Below are positions 28,566 through 39,446 of a stretch of 64,000 bases of DNA, one piece after another; the stretch's first letter is position 1; each line of letters opens with the position of its first letter. Source of the DNA: Flavobacteriales bacterium (GTDB taxonomy: Bacteria; Bacteroidota; Bacteroidia; Palsa-965); assembly GCA_040377305.1 (NCBI GenBank), contig JBEIPA010000003.1, positions 32,001-96,000 on the forward strand, in the 5' to 3' direction. The notes below the pieces were generated by a model. The model had not been told where the DNA came from. It worked only from the letters and a program-made list of their open reading frames with translations, and did no database searches. Position numbers and translations under genes: made by a program.

Positions 28566-28651
28566 ACTTTTCCAAAGTTGACCACTAGCAATATTAACGA
28601 TCCGAAAGATTTCGAAGTCTGATTTAACGCACGCTCAACTTTGGAAAAGTT
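28565..28651. repeat. REP-like doublet between convergent genes
   Basis: aacttttccaaagttga (28565-28581) / tcaactttggaaaagtt (28635-28651), perfect 17-bp IR. Each arm is itself a short palindrome. Confidence 0.8.
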
Positions 28652-28654
28652 ACG

Positions 28655-29152
28655 CTACCGGATAATGTGAAACCGCAAATCTCCATTCTCTTCAATTCCT
28701 GCAGCGATAAATCCATTCTTACGCAACACACCCTGTGATCCAAGATTCTTCTGCGCAGTTATTGCAAATACTTTTTTGAGCTTCATTTCGCTGAAACCAA
28801 AATCCACCGCGAGCTTCACTGCTTCTGCCATATATCCGTTGCGTCGATATTGTTCCTTCACGATGTAACCGATTTCTCCGCTGTCATTGGCGAATCCGCG
28901 GTAATACCCACACGTACCCACAATTTGTTGGAGCGCAATGTCTTCAATACCCCAGTGAATGCCCGAACCTTCGTTGTACCGGTCGTCAATCTTTCCGAGC
29001 ATCTCAACTGCTTCTTCCGCAGTCTTTGCTTGTATACGATTAAAGAAACTCAATTCCATAATTTGCGGAACATCTGCAGCAACCAATCGGCGCAGACGAA
29101 TGCGATTTGATTTTAGTTCTGGAAATAAGGGAAACGGCGGAGTAATCATCAT
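28655..29152 (-). CDS. GNAT family N-acetyltransferase (RimJ/RimL type)
   Basis: FP.L.S.RI.LR, EIGY....YRRNGYMAEA and N.GSQ.VL.KNGF motifs. Confidence 0.9.
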   Translation of the reverse strand: MMITPPFPLFPELKSNRIRLRRLVAADVPQIMELSFFNRIQAKTAEEAVEMLGKIDDRYNEGSGIHWGIEDIALQQIVGTCGYYRGFANDSGEIGYIVKEQYRRNGYMAEAVKLAVDFGFSEMKLKKVFAITAQKNLGSQGVLRKNGFIAAGIEENGDLRFHIIR

Positions 29153-29619
29153 TCACATCCTTTTATTAATCCTGCAAATATTGCAATCCAAACCAGACCT
29201 TTCACAAGAAAGAAGAGAAATCCCGAAACCCCGATACGTTTCAGCCACAAATACATTTTCTGATTTGTCGCAGAAGGCAGTGTCTGAGGATTTTGTGCAA
29301 GCTTGGTTTGTTCCGGACGAATGATTTTGAATTCAACAAGCAGAAAACCAAAGGGAACGAGCGAGGCAAGCGCAATTGCCAGAAACGTCGTCAACTTCCA
29401 CTTGTATTCCAGGGTAGCCACAACTGCGATGACGATATACAATAAAAAAATGCCACCATGAACCGGACCAATCACATGCACCATATTGGCGCCCAACCCG
29501 GAAATATTGCTGGGACCAACCCCGAAATATTTCATGGGTACTGCAATCAACAAAGCGAGCAGCGACAATCCTTCGAGAAGACCAACAATAGATAAACTGC
29601 GAAGTGAACGACCTTTCAT
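29149..29619 (-). CDS. DUF3817 membrane protein with extra C-terminal TM peptide
   Basis: EGLSLL.LL...PMKY...GPVHG..F..Y...ASLVPFG, then a linker and WLKRIG..GFLFFLVKGLVW. Confidence 0.75.
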   Translation of the reverse strand: MKGRSLRSLSIVGLLEGLSLLALLIAVPMKYFGVGPSNISGLGANMVHVIGPVHGGIFLLYIVIAVVATLEYKWKLTTFLAIALASLVPFGFLLVEFKIIRPEQTKLAQNPQTLPSATNQKMYLWLKRIGVSGFLFFLVKGLVWIAIFAGLIKGCE

Positions 29620-29626
29620 TTTTATT

Positions 29627-29935
29627 CTAAACGTTTTGCTCCTTCAGCACCTGTGCGAACAATTTCTTGTCGACGTAAAAACAACCGAACGGAACAATGG
29701 AAGCAATCATGATCATTGCCATGCGTTTGAATTTCCATCCAAGTTCAATACCTACCATGAGTGTCAGCGCACCCAAGCCGAGAAAAAGAACACCGTGTGC
29801 CATGCCGATGTAACGAACGAATAGCGGGCTGTCGAACATGTATTTCATGGGAACAGCGAAGAAAATCAACAAGACTAACGACATTCCTTCTATCAAACTG
29901 AGGAGACGCAAGCGTCCAATTTTAGTTTTTAGCAT
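29627..29935 (-). CDS. DUF3817 membrane protein
   Basis: EGMSLVLLIFFAVPMKY...GMAHGVLF...ASIVPFG. Confidence 0.85.
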   Translation of the reverse strand: MLKTKIGRLRLLSLIEGMSLVLLIFFAVPMKYMFDSPLFVRYIGMAHGVLFLGLGALTLMVGIELGWKFKRMAMIMIASIVPFGCFYVDKKLFAQVLKEQNV

Positions 29936-29938
29936 ACA

Positions 29939-32371
29939 CTAGTGTTTAACAGTAATTTTCTCCGTGTGCAATATCTCCTCGTGTTGTGCCACATCAACAA
30001 AGTACAACCCTTCTGCCCACGATGAAGTGGAAAGTGTGAACTGATGGTCAGTATGTGACTCGCGATAGATCACACGGCCCATCATGTCGGTCGCTGTAAC
30101 TACAACTTGTCCATGAATAGTTTCAGGAATGTTTACGTTGAGCACTTCGCTCGTTGGATTCGGATAAATTTCTATCGGTGCAACATATACTTCTTCGTCC
30201 GCAATTCCGATTACCGTTGAAACACCGTTTGCAAATGTGTATTCTCCCGGAAGAAGGGAGTCTGCAACAACGTATCCAAGCTTCGATGTTCCAGGCGAGC
30301 CTTGAATTGTTTTTGTGTAGTAAGGCCACTCGTGCCAGTCGTCAGCGGCATTTGCGCGGTAGAGCAGTATAATGCTGTCGCCGTTCGGAATGGTAAGATC
30401 ATGATCGAGCCAGCATGTGCCACCTGCAGTTGTTGTGGTGCGACCGTCGTAATTGAATCTCGCACGCGTAACAAATCCTGCAGGCCACAATCCACCGATC
30501 TTCCAGTAACGCAGATCAGAAATATTGTAATTGTTTACGTTGTTCTGTATCGGATCAGGAGCAACCCAATGATGTTCTACGCGCATCCACGTGGTGTCCG
30601 GACAATTCTGCACGGTGAAAATTACGCGCCCATAAGTAAATGTGTTGCCACCCGTTGCGGTAATGAGTTTCTCCTCGTTCGATTCCGCATCGCACAATAA
30701 ATTATTCGGATCGATGATGACCATGAAAGGATCGTATGGCAATGTGATGTTCACGGTGTCGTACTGACCGGAACAGAAGAAACGTTGATTTGTTACAGAC
30801 ATATCTGTATCCATGAATGCAAATTCAAGCGGAACGTTTGTGTAGAAATTCGGAGAACCCAATAACTTCTGCTGAACGTAAACAGTAACATCGAAGTTGG
30901 GACCATTCGGAACAGAAACCACAGAGTCTGCAACGAAATTTGTCCAGCCGGGTTGGAAAATCCAATCGTTGAAGTAATCGTTCACGTGTGCCATTCCGGA
31001 GGATGCAACAAGGTTGTCGCGGAAATCGACACTGCTTACATCTTTGAATTCGCTTTGTGATAGGTGATAGCGAACGCCGGCGAAGAAAGCTGAATCGCCC
31101 ATGTATCCACGCAGGTTGTGAGCCATCAACGCACCTTTCAGGTACACGTGATTGCCGTAGGTATCTGTGAACGGAATATTATTCATCGTAAGCCAGCCTT
31201 CCTGGTGATGGAAGTAATGCACTGCCGTTTCCTGTTGCGCCTTCACATCGTTGTCGTAAACCGCACGACCATATACCCATTCGTCAAAAATGTATTCGCA
31301 GTACGAAGCCCAACCTTCATTCAGCCACATATCTTCCTGTGTTCTGCACGTGGCCAGATCGCCGAACCAATGATGCGACAACTCGTGTGCCATTATACTC
31401 TGGTAAGTAAGAGATCCGGCTGCAAAAGATTTCGGATACGCAATTGCTGTGGCGTGTTCCATCGCACCTGCAGCAAAAGGAACGAAAGTGTATCCAACCT
31501 GTTGCCACATGTATGGATAGAATAAAGTGTCGTACGCACCGATTGCACGTTTCAGGTTTACAAATGAATTTTTGTGACCTGTTGTATCTGTCGCAATTCC
31601 GGCAAGCATAATCGGAATAGTACCATTCGTGCCAACGTGCGACCAATTTACATGTGTGTAATTGGCAACTGCAACGCAAGCGAGATAACTTGGAATAGGA
31701 TCAGTCAGTTCCCAGGTTCTCCATCGCACACCGTTGCCGTCTGTTGTGTCGTTAATCAATAGACCGTTGCAGTATGCAAGTTTGCCATTGTTCGATCCAA
31801 TCGTCTGCGTATAAGTTGCACGTTCCACAAAATTATCGAAGCAAGGATGCCACACACGTCCGTATACGTGCGGATTAGCAGCGAAGCCAACACCGAGGTT
31901 ATAGGCATAACCGCTTTGGAAATAAAATCCGCCCCACTGCGCATCCGATTGCGGTTGCCCATTATACCAAACGGTAAGATCTGCAGTATCGCCGACATTC
32001 ATTAATACAGGCAGTGCAATTTTGATCAGTGTATCGTCGTAGGTAAATGAAAGTGTAGTAGCTCCGATTTTAACTGAGTCAACATTCAGCTCCAGCAGGT
32101 CGAGACAGATTTCGTTTACGTTACTCATGCGCGGAGTAAACGTAACGGTTGTGTAACCATCGATCGAGCTTCCCGCAAAATCAGTTATGTCGAGATGGTT
32201 ATAGTAGTGGAGCACATCAATAGTATCACTACGATCGTTTCCCGCCTGGGTTTCAACTCCGGGCCATGCACATTCATCGTTCACATGGTGGTTGCAGTAA
32301 CGCTGGGCTTGTGCATGTAGTGTTGCGCTGAAAAGTACAGCCGCAATAAGGGTGAGTAAGCTTCTGATCAT
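29939..32371 (-). CDS. T9SS-secreted M1 family aminopeptidase
   Basis: GAMEH, HELSH and NEGWA zinc-peptidase motifs; YLKGA; C-terminal IYPNP sorting domain; ATG at 32371. Confidence 0.92.
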   Translation of the reverse strand: MIRSLLTLIAAVLFSATLHAQAQRYCNHHVNDECAWPGVETQAGNDRSDTIDVLHYYNHLDITDFAGSSIDGYTTVTFTPRMSNVNEICLDLLELNVDSVKIGATTLSFTYDDTLIKIALPVLMNVGDTADLTVWYNGQPQSDAQWGGFYFQSGYAYNLGVGFAANPHVYGRVWHPCFDNFVERATYTQTIGSNNGKLAYCNGLLINDTTDGNGVRWRTWELTDPIPSYLACVAVANYTHVNWSHVGTNGTIPIMLAGIATDTTGHKNSFVNLKRAIGAYDTLFYPYMWQQVGYTFVPFAAGAMEHATAIAYPKSFAAGSLTYQSIMAHELSHHWFGDLATCRTQEDMWLNEGWASYCEYIFDEWVYGRAVYDNDVKAQQETAVHYFHHQEGWLTMNNIPFTDTYGNHVYLKGALMAHNLRGYMGDSAFFAGVRYHLSQSEFKDVSSVDFRDNLVASSGMAHVNDYFNDWIFQPGWTNFVADSVVSVPNGPNFDVTVYVQQKLLGSPNFYTNVPLEFAFMDTDMSVTNQRFFCSGQYDTVNITLPYDPFMVIIDPNNLLCDAESNEEKLITATGGNTFTYGRVIFTVQNCPDTTWMRVEHHWVAPDPIQNNVNNYNISDLRYWKIGGLWPAGFVTRARFNYDGRTTTTAGGTCWLDHDLTIPNGDSIILLYRANAADDWHEWPYYTKTIQGSPGTSKLGYVVADSLLPGEYTFANGVSTVIGIADEEVYVAPIEIYPNPTSEVLNVNIPETIHGQVVVTATDMMGRVIYRESHTDHQFTLSTSSWAEGLYFVDVAQHEEILHTEKITVKH

Positions 32372-32428
32372 AGCAGGGAAATTACATCCTAAATTTACTA
32401 TTTCTCCGCGACTTTTCACAGGGACACC

Positions 32429-32562
32429 GGTATGAGGAATAGGCAATAGGGAACGCGGATTGTGGTATGAGGAATGGACCTCAGTATAGATGGAATATCA
32501 GCTACCTGCTAGCTACGTGTTGAGATTTACTTTCCTCATCCCTCATCCCGCTTTCCTCATTC
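32429..32562. repeat. Heptamer-periodic inverted repeat (GGnATGA-like units)
   Basis: ggtatga ggaatag gcaatag ggaacgc ggattgt ggtatga ggaat vs ttcctca tccctca tcccgct ttcctca ttc. Confidence 0.7.
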
Positions 32563-32656
32563 GATTTTTGTCTACGTAATACTACGGAAGTGTTAGAAGA
32601 ATTTTCTTTTCTGGCATACGCTTAGTTATATCTTTGGCTGTCCTTAAGCCAATTTT

Positions 32657-33364
32657 ATGAAAAAATTACTTGTCATACTGATAGCGTTGGGTGGTGTTGT
32701 TCAGCTGCATGCACAATTCATTTTCGGCTGGAACGCAGGATGGGCACCATGCAGAGAATTGAATCGGGAAATCTATGTTTATAATCAGATTAATAAACAT
32801 GGACTGGAAAAGGAAATGGGTGAGGTGCACTGGTATCAGGGACCTGTGATCGGATTCCGTTCGGGAAGTGATGAGGGAGGATTTGTAGAATTGCTCTATT
32901 CGCGGAAGCGCTGTAAGGTAGGTTCAGAATTTGATTCTGCAGGTGTATCCATGTCCCGGGAGATCAAAACACTTTGTAACACATTCAATCTGGGATTCGG
33001 TTATCAGAGTGATGGCTGGAGAATTGGAGTGAGTGTTGATGCGGGCCGCTTCAAAGGATTCGGTCGTCGGGCTCCAACTTCCGGAATCGGCGATGTGGAG
33101 TGGGACAGAATATGGGTGCAGGATAAACGACGGCTAGTTGGTATTTCAATATATAGACTCTATCTGGCAGAAACGATCTTCATCGAGCGTTCGCTTGCGG
33201 ATGGAATACTTAATGTACGTGCCTATTGTCAGTTACCAGGCACGAATGCTCAACTTGATGGACTGGATGAGTTCCTTTTCAAACAGGAGTTGAATTTTGG
33301 AAATTATCAGCACGAGATATTCTGGAATTTTGGAGCATCAATCACAATTGCAATCGGAGGATAA
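32657..33364 (+). CDS. Exported protein, probable small outer-membrane beta-barrel
   Basis: Signal peptide (LHAQ); alternating hydrophobic strands; C-terminal strand NFGASITIAI; -7 box TATCTTTG at 32629-32636. Confidence 0.65.
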   Translation: MKKLLVILIALGGVVQLHAQFIFGWNAGWAPCRELNREIYVYNQINKHGLEKEMGEVHWYQGPVIGFRSGSDEGGFVELLYSRKRCKVGSEFDSAGVSMSREIKTLCNTFNLGFGYQSDGWRIGVSVDAGRFKGFGRRAPTSGIGDVEWDRIWVQDKRRLVGISIYRLYLAETIFIERSLADGILNVRAYCQLPGTNAQLDGLDEFLFKQELNFGNYQHEIFWNFGASITIAIGG

Positions 33365-33369
33365 GCGAC

Positions 33370-34197
33370 ATGAAAAAGATCGGAAGATATTTTTGTACCC
33401 TATTTGCTCTCTGCATGTTCGGTGGTACTGCAAAAGCCGAGTTTGAACCAATTATTTTTATCGAAGCCGGCTATGCGTCACTCAAGTATAAAACGGATGA
33501 GCTTCCTGTGTTTCTTAAATCCTATAATTCGTATCAGACAACATTGACACAGCAGTTCGGATTGAAACTTCCTGCAGCACGCGGCCCTTATCTCAAAGTT
33601 GGTATTGGTGTTGGTGCTACCTGTAAAATGATTTTGGACTTCACAATTTACAATGCGAAAAGCCAGCCACTTTCAGCGCGCTTCGGAGACGGAACCGGCA
33701 GGGATATTTGGGTTGAACATAGATTGTCGAATACCAATATTGGGATTCGTTTTGGTGGCACCAAAGAAATTCCTGTGTGGGCGCAGTTTAATATGAATCT
33801 TGCTGTACAGAACTCATCACTGTATTTCGCGTATGTCTATCCTGATGGATCACTAAGTCTCGGCACTGAACGTACTTTAAGCGGTATATATAGCAATTTC
33901 AATCTTGCTGGTGGCTTTGGTGTTGCAGCTGGTATACGGCTTCTGGGGCCAATTGGACTTGCAATTGGTGTAGATCGAATCGGAGTTTTTGAGAGAAAGA
34001 AAAGTATAGAGTATCACAAGTACTCGGACCTCAATAATGTGAAGCCTGATATGCAACCTGATTACATTCCACGTGACATGGCAACTTACGTTTCTGATCC
34101 GTTCAATTCAATTGAAAATAGCATCGGTAACGATTTTCGTGGATGGAAATTCACTGCGGGAATTACACTTTCACTTGGCGACTGGGAGGCAAACTAA
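33370..34197 (+). CDS. Exported protein, probable outer-membrane beta-barrel
   Basis: Signal peptide (AKA); amphipathic strands; C-terminal GWKFTAGITLSL. Confidence 0.65.
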   Translation: MKKIGRYFCTLFALCMFGGTAKAEFEPIIFIEAGYASLKYKTDELPVFLKSYNSYQTTLTQQFGLKLPAARGPYLKVGIGVGATCKMILDFTIYNAKSQPLSARFGDGTGRDIWVEHRLSNTNIGIRFGGTKEIPVWAQFNMNLAVQNSSLYFAYVYPDGSLSLGTERTLSGIYSNFNLAGGFGVAAGIRLLGPIGLAIGVDRIGVFERKKSIEYHKYSDLNNVKPDMQPDYIPRDMATYVSDPFNSIENSIGNDFRGWKFTAGITLSLGDWEAN

Positions 34198-34682
34198 TGA
34201 GAAAGTTCATCTTCATATTCAGCGCAATAGTCACTACTGCTTTCGTTTCGTGCGATAAAGGTGATATGGAAATTAAGAAACTCAACAGAGGTGAAGGCAC
34301 GTGGACAATCGAATCAATCGTGGTAGAGGAATACGACTCTACCGGAATAAACCGAACAGGTTCAACAACGCGCACAGACCTTGGCGAGTTTGTATTCTTC
34401 AAGGAAACGACATTAAGTGCATTGTTCGATGAGCATTTTGTGACCATACTCATTCCCGATACTTCAGGAGTAATCTCCGGATACACAGGTGGCGTTTATT
34501 ACGATGACAGCCGGGTGAAGATTGATTGTGATCCGGCCCCGATTGTTGGTGGTATCGTATCACTCAACGGCGTATGGACTGTTCACGATAACGGTCGCAG
34601 GAATCAAACGTGGACGATGTACATACTCGACAATAATGCTACGTTAGCAACTAAGTACATTCTTGAGATCAAGAAGAAGTAA
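34197..34682 (+). CDS. Lipocalin-like lipoprotein
   Basis: TAATG overlap; lipobox FVSC followed by the G.W motif (EGTWTI). Confidence 0.65.
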   Translation: MRKFIFIFSAIVTTAFVSCDKGDMEIKKLNRGEGTWTIESIVVEEYDSTGINRTGSTTRTDLGEFVFFKETTLSALFDEHFVTILIPDTSGVISGYTGGVYYDDSRVKIDCDPAPIVGGIVSLNGVWTVHDNGRRNQTWTMYILDNNATLATKYILEIKKK

Positions 34683-34684
34683 TC

Positions 34685-35416
34685 TTACTCTTCGTAGATA
34701 CGGAACAGGTTTATTGAAATTCCGACGTTCACGAACGAGTCTTTGTAGCTCAACGGTTCGGAATTCAGTTTCTGCGAAAGTCCGAATTGTGCTTGCAGCT
34801 TTATCCACTGGTACCCGCCGCGTAGCGTGATAGCAGGTTCTATAAAGCTCCACACCGGACGATCCACCTGATAAAATTGACCATCAATCTGATCCTGCAT
34901 TGTGTAGTTCGTGCTTACACTCGTGTATTTGCCAATTACAAACCGGGGTGTAAGTGCTACATCGAAAAAGCGTGTACCGAGACCAAAGGACGGTTGAACA
35001 AAGAAGCGCATTCCTTTTGCATCAAACGTATAGTGTTGCATTTGGTTGTTGTCGTCCTCCTTGTACTCGCTGAACTGAACACCACCCATTCCGCCACCAA
35101 CGTAGGTTTCGAAAATGAATGGTCTCACGCGTGTAAAATATCCGAAACCGACTTCGACTAACCCACCGGAACCTTGAAGCGTGTTGTTGTCGGAATTTTC
35201 TTTGACATAAAATCCGTTAAGCATTACACCTGCGTGATCAGTAATGGCATACGCAACCTGAACGTTTTGCTGATCAACTGAAGCACGAATTTCGCCCGCA
35301 TTATTAAGGAGTGGTGTATTGATTGCATTCGGGTGATAAACGGATTTACATGACGTAGCCAGTGAACAAAGTACAATCACCGTTATCGATACGAAAAAGA
35401 AAAGTAGATGTCTCAT
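34685..35416 (-). CDS. Outer-membrane beta-barrel-like lipoprotein
   Basis: Lipobox ATSC; Y.PN.INTPLL; beta-strand pattern (FFVQPSFG, FIEPAITLRGG). Confidence 0.7.
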   Translation of the reverse strand: MRHLLFFFVSITVIVLCSLATSCKSVYHPNAINTPLLNNAGEIRASVDQQNVQVAYAITDHAGVMLNGFYVKENSDNNTLQGSGGLVEVGFGYFTRVRPFIFETYVGGGMGGVQFSEYKEDDNNQMQHYTFDAKGMRFFVQPSFGLGTRFFDVALTPRFVIGKYTSVSTNYTMQDQIDGQFYQVDRPVWSFIEPAITLRGGYQWIKLQAQFGLSQKLNSEPLSYKDSFVNVGISINLFRIYEE

Positions 35417-35536
35417 GTCATAGGTTTTAGGTTCCTAGGACAAGTATACGTTGGGCTCTTTTACCCGGTATTCATAAATCGATTCTTAGAACAAAAGCAA
35501 CGATGCATTGCAAACAAAAACCAACCAATTGTTCGG

Positions 35537-37171
<1,635 letters not shown>

Positions 37172-37196
37172 TTAAAATTTCAGGGTGCAAAGATAC

Positions 37197-37314
37197 GGTT
37201 TCCTGTTTCCAGTTCCCCGTTTCCGGTTGTTCGAAGTGTAGGGTTCTTCGTCTCTCACACCCTTATTCGACGAAATGTTCAATTTCAGGGAACAGGGAAC
37301 TGGAATCAGGGAAC
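37197..37314. repeat. Heptamer-periodic inverted repeat
   Basis: ggtttcc tgtttcc agttccc cgtttcc ggtt vs caggg aacaggg aactgga atcaggg aac. Confidence 0.75.
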
Positions 37315-37342
37315 AAAAAAAGGTTCCCGAAGGAACCTTTTT
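37315..37342 (-). terminator. Rho-independent terminator
   Basis: aaaaaaaggttcc-cgaa-ggaacctttt downstream of the 76-aa minus-strand ORF. Confidence 0.75.
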
Positions 37343-37392
37343 ACCAACAGACCTGGCATGCTGTTGTAACAGGAACTTAATTCCCGCAGTAT

Positions 37393-37623
37393 TTAAGCCG
37401 CGTCTGCACCGAATTCGCGAAACTTTTTCCATTCGAAGTAATGCATCATTTGTGCTTTCCGAAGGAAAATCATTTCGAGCTTTTCGTTCAGCTCGGGAGA
37501 TGTATTCTGACGTTTAAATAAATTAACCAGTCGCTCGGCTGATTCCAGCTGAAGAAGTGAATGACTCGACAGGATATTTCTATTTACCGTGTCGTACACT
37601 TCATTAATCTTCTGCTTGTCCAT
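37393..37623 (-). CDS. Small hypothetical protein (76 aa)
   Basis: Helical-looking ORF with its own sigma-54-type promoter and terminator. Confidence 0.65.
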   Translation of the reverse strand: MDKQKINEVYDTVNRNILSSHSLLQLESAERLVNLFKRQNTSPELNEKLEMIFLRKAQMMHYFEWKKFREFGADAA

Positions 37624-37650
37624 AACTCACTTTTTTAGGGTTAATGTCTA

Positions 37651-37672
37651 GAGATATGCATATCTCATGCCA
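37651..37672 (-). promoter_or_regulatory. Sigma-54 promoter overlapped by a perfect 16-bp palindrome
   Basis: Minus strand TGGCATGAGATATGC (GG-N10-GC, 37658-37672); palindrome gagatatgcatatctc at 37651-37666. Confidence 0.55.
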
Positions 37673-37755
37673 GAGTGATTTATGCATGGAATTCTCGCTA
37701 ATTCCGCCTATTTAGAACGGAAAACGCGACACGTTTAGTACATTTAGAATGGCGA

Positions 37756-38430
37756 ATGATGAAAGAATTTCACAGCAGATATTGCATCCGGAGACAGGTA
37801 GCCATCCTGATGGCGCTGCTGGTTATTTGCATTTCACAAGTGGAAGCGAGCCCAAGCAGCAAAACGCGAAGGCATTTATCCCGACCGGAGAAAGTATGGA
37901 GCGCGTTTCATCCTTTCAAGGCAAAGAAAGTTCTGAAGTGTGCAAGACGTTCCATTTTCGTTACAGATTCATTGGAGAAAGCGGGTGTGTTAACCGACAG
38001 GGACGGTGGACAACTCGATGCTTTTCGTCACGCGTATTGGATGGCGCTCATGATCAAAGAAGGCATGAACAAGACCGTCGTACGCAAAATTGGAGAGCGC
38101 CACGAAAAAGGTAATTATATTGATTTCAAACGAGGCCGTCTGGAAGATTCATCGCGTGCCGACTCAATGATGTGTGTGATGGATTTGCGGAATAATGAAC
38201 GCGGAATTGAGACAGGCGAATTGTACACGAGCGATTCTCCTCCTAAACTTTCAATGATTGAAATGGTGTTGCTGCACATCTGGAATGGAACGATGGTGAT
38301 CATGAGCAAAAATGCAGCCGGCGAGTATCTCGATAAGGATGGAACAGTTATTAAAATGGATGAGTACAAGGGTAAATGGTACATTCCCAAAGTGATAGTT
38401 AATTCAAACATGATCGTTGTTCCGCACTGA
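37756..38430 (+). CDS. Exported protein, DUF6973-like
   Basis: Signal peptide; DAFRHAYW...HE...MDL.NN..G motif. Confidence 0.7.
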   Translation: MMKEFHSRYCIRRQVAILMALLVICISQVEASPSSKTRRHLSRPEKVWSAFHPFKAKKVLKCARRSIFVTDSLEKAGVLTDRDGGQLDAFRHAYWMALMIKEGMNKTVVRKIGERHEKGNYIDFKRGRLEDSSRADSMMCVMDLRNNERGIETGELYTSDSPPKLSMIEMVLLHIWNGTMVIMSKNAAGEYLDKDGTVIKMDEYKGKWYIPKVIVNSNMIVVPH

Positions 38431-38455
38431 TGTAATTTGTGATACATTTGAAACT

Positions 38456-39013
38456 ATGAGACTACTTCGACTTTTTATTCCCGCAGCATTATTGTTCATC
38501 GCATCTTGTTCCGGCGACACTGATTCTGCTCAAGACGATTCGAAAACATCGGCAACGAATCCGAATGCAGTTGAGGTGACAGAAGGAACTCCTGCTGAAA
38601 CCGCCAAACAGATTGCTGAATTCGTTATCGCGAATGACAATCAGGGCCTCATGAATTTGATCATCACTTCGGAAGAAATGACGGATGTGATTACGAATTC
38701 ATCGGTTACACCAATGGGAAAGGAAGTTGCGATCAAGAATATTCCGACAGAAATTTCGAAAATGCGTGTCGATTATACCAACGGACTTGCAGACATTCGC
38801 AAGCAGTGTGAAACTGCGGGAGTAGAGTGGAGTAACTGCAAATTCAAAGACGCGAGGTACGAGATGAATAATCCCACCGGATATTTCATGGCTCAGATCG
38901 TTTGCATTCTCGAGTGCAACGGAATGGAATACAAATTCACCACAACAGATGTGGTACAAACAAAGAATGGCTGGAGGCTGGGCGGATCAATGATGTACGG
39001 AGAAACGAAGTAG
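38456..39013 (+). CDS. Hypothetical lipoprotein
   Basis: ATG at 38456; lipobox IASC. Confidence 0.7.
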   Translation: MRLLRLFIPAALLFIASCSGDTDSAQDDSKTSATNPNAVEVTEGTPAETAKQIAEFVIANDNQGLMNLIITSEEMTDVITNSSVTPMGKEVAIKNIPTEISKMRVDYTNGLADIRKQCETAGVEWSNCKFKDARYEMNNPTGYFMAQIVCILECNGMEYKFTTTDVVQTKNGWRLGGSMMYGETK

Positions 39014-39014
39014 T

Positions 39015-39446
39015 ATGTACAGTTGTCCGCGATGTAATGCTCCTGTAATGCCTGGTGCCGCATATTGTCCAAACTGCAGTTTCAATTTTGTTGGTGCGCA
39101 ATATTCAGCAACCGATCAGCAAGTTGAAACGAAACGCGAAAAGCACTATCGGATTTTTCTGATAGTCATTGCGGCCCTTTTCATTTTCGATGGCATATTC
39201 TGGAGAATTGTACAGAAACTTGGGGATACAATCGGCTACGAAATTTATGACACGGTAAAGCCATATACGTGGTTGGTGTCTCCAATCTTCGCGTCGATTC
39301 CGGCAGTGATCGGATTCTTGTTACCAAAAACCACACCGTGGCGATTGATATTTATTATCGGGGGATCGCTGTGGTTTGTTTTCAGGATGTTTGAGTTTAT
39401 TCAACAGCAATTCACATCCAACGATTTCGTTTTCTTCGAATTCTGA
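39015..39446 (+). CDS. Zinc-ribbon membrane protein
   Basis: CPRC...YCPNC N-terminus followed by three hydrophobic segments. Confidence 0.7.
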   Translation: MYSCPRCNAPVMPGAAYCPNCSFNFVGAQYSATDQQVETKREKHYRIFLIVIAALFIFDGIFWRIVQKLGDTIGYEIYDTVKPYTWLVSPIFASIPAVIGFLLPKTTPWRLIFIIGGSLWFVFRMFEFIQQQFTSNDFVFFEF

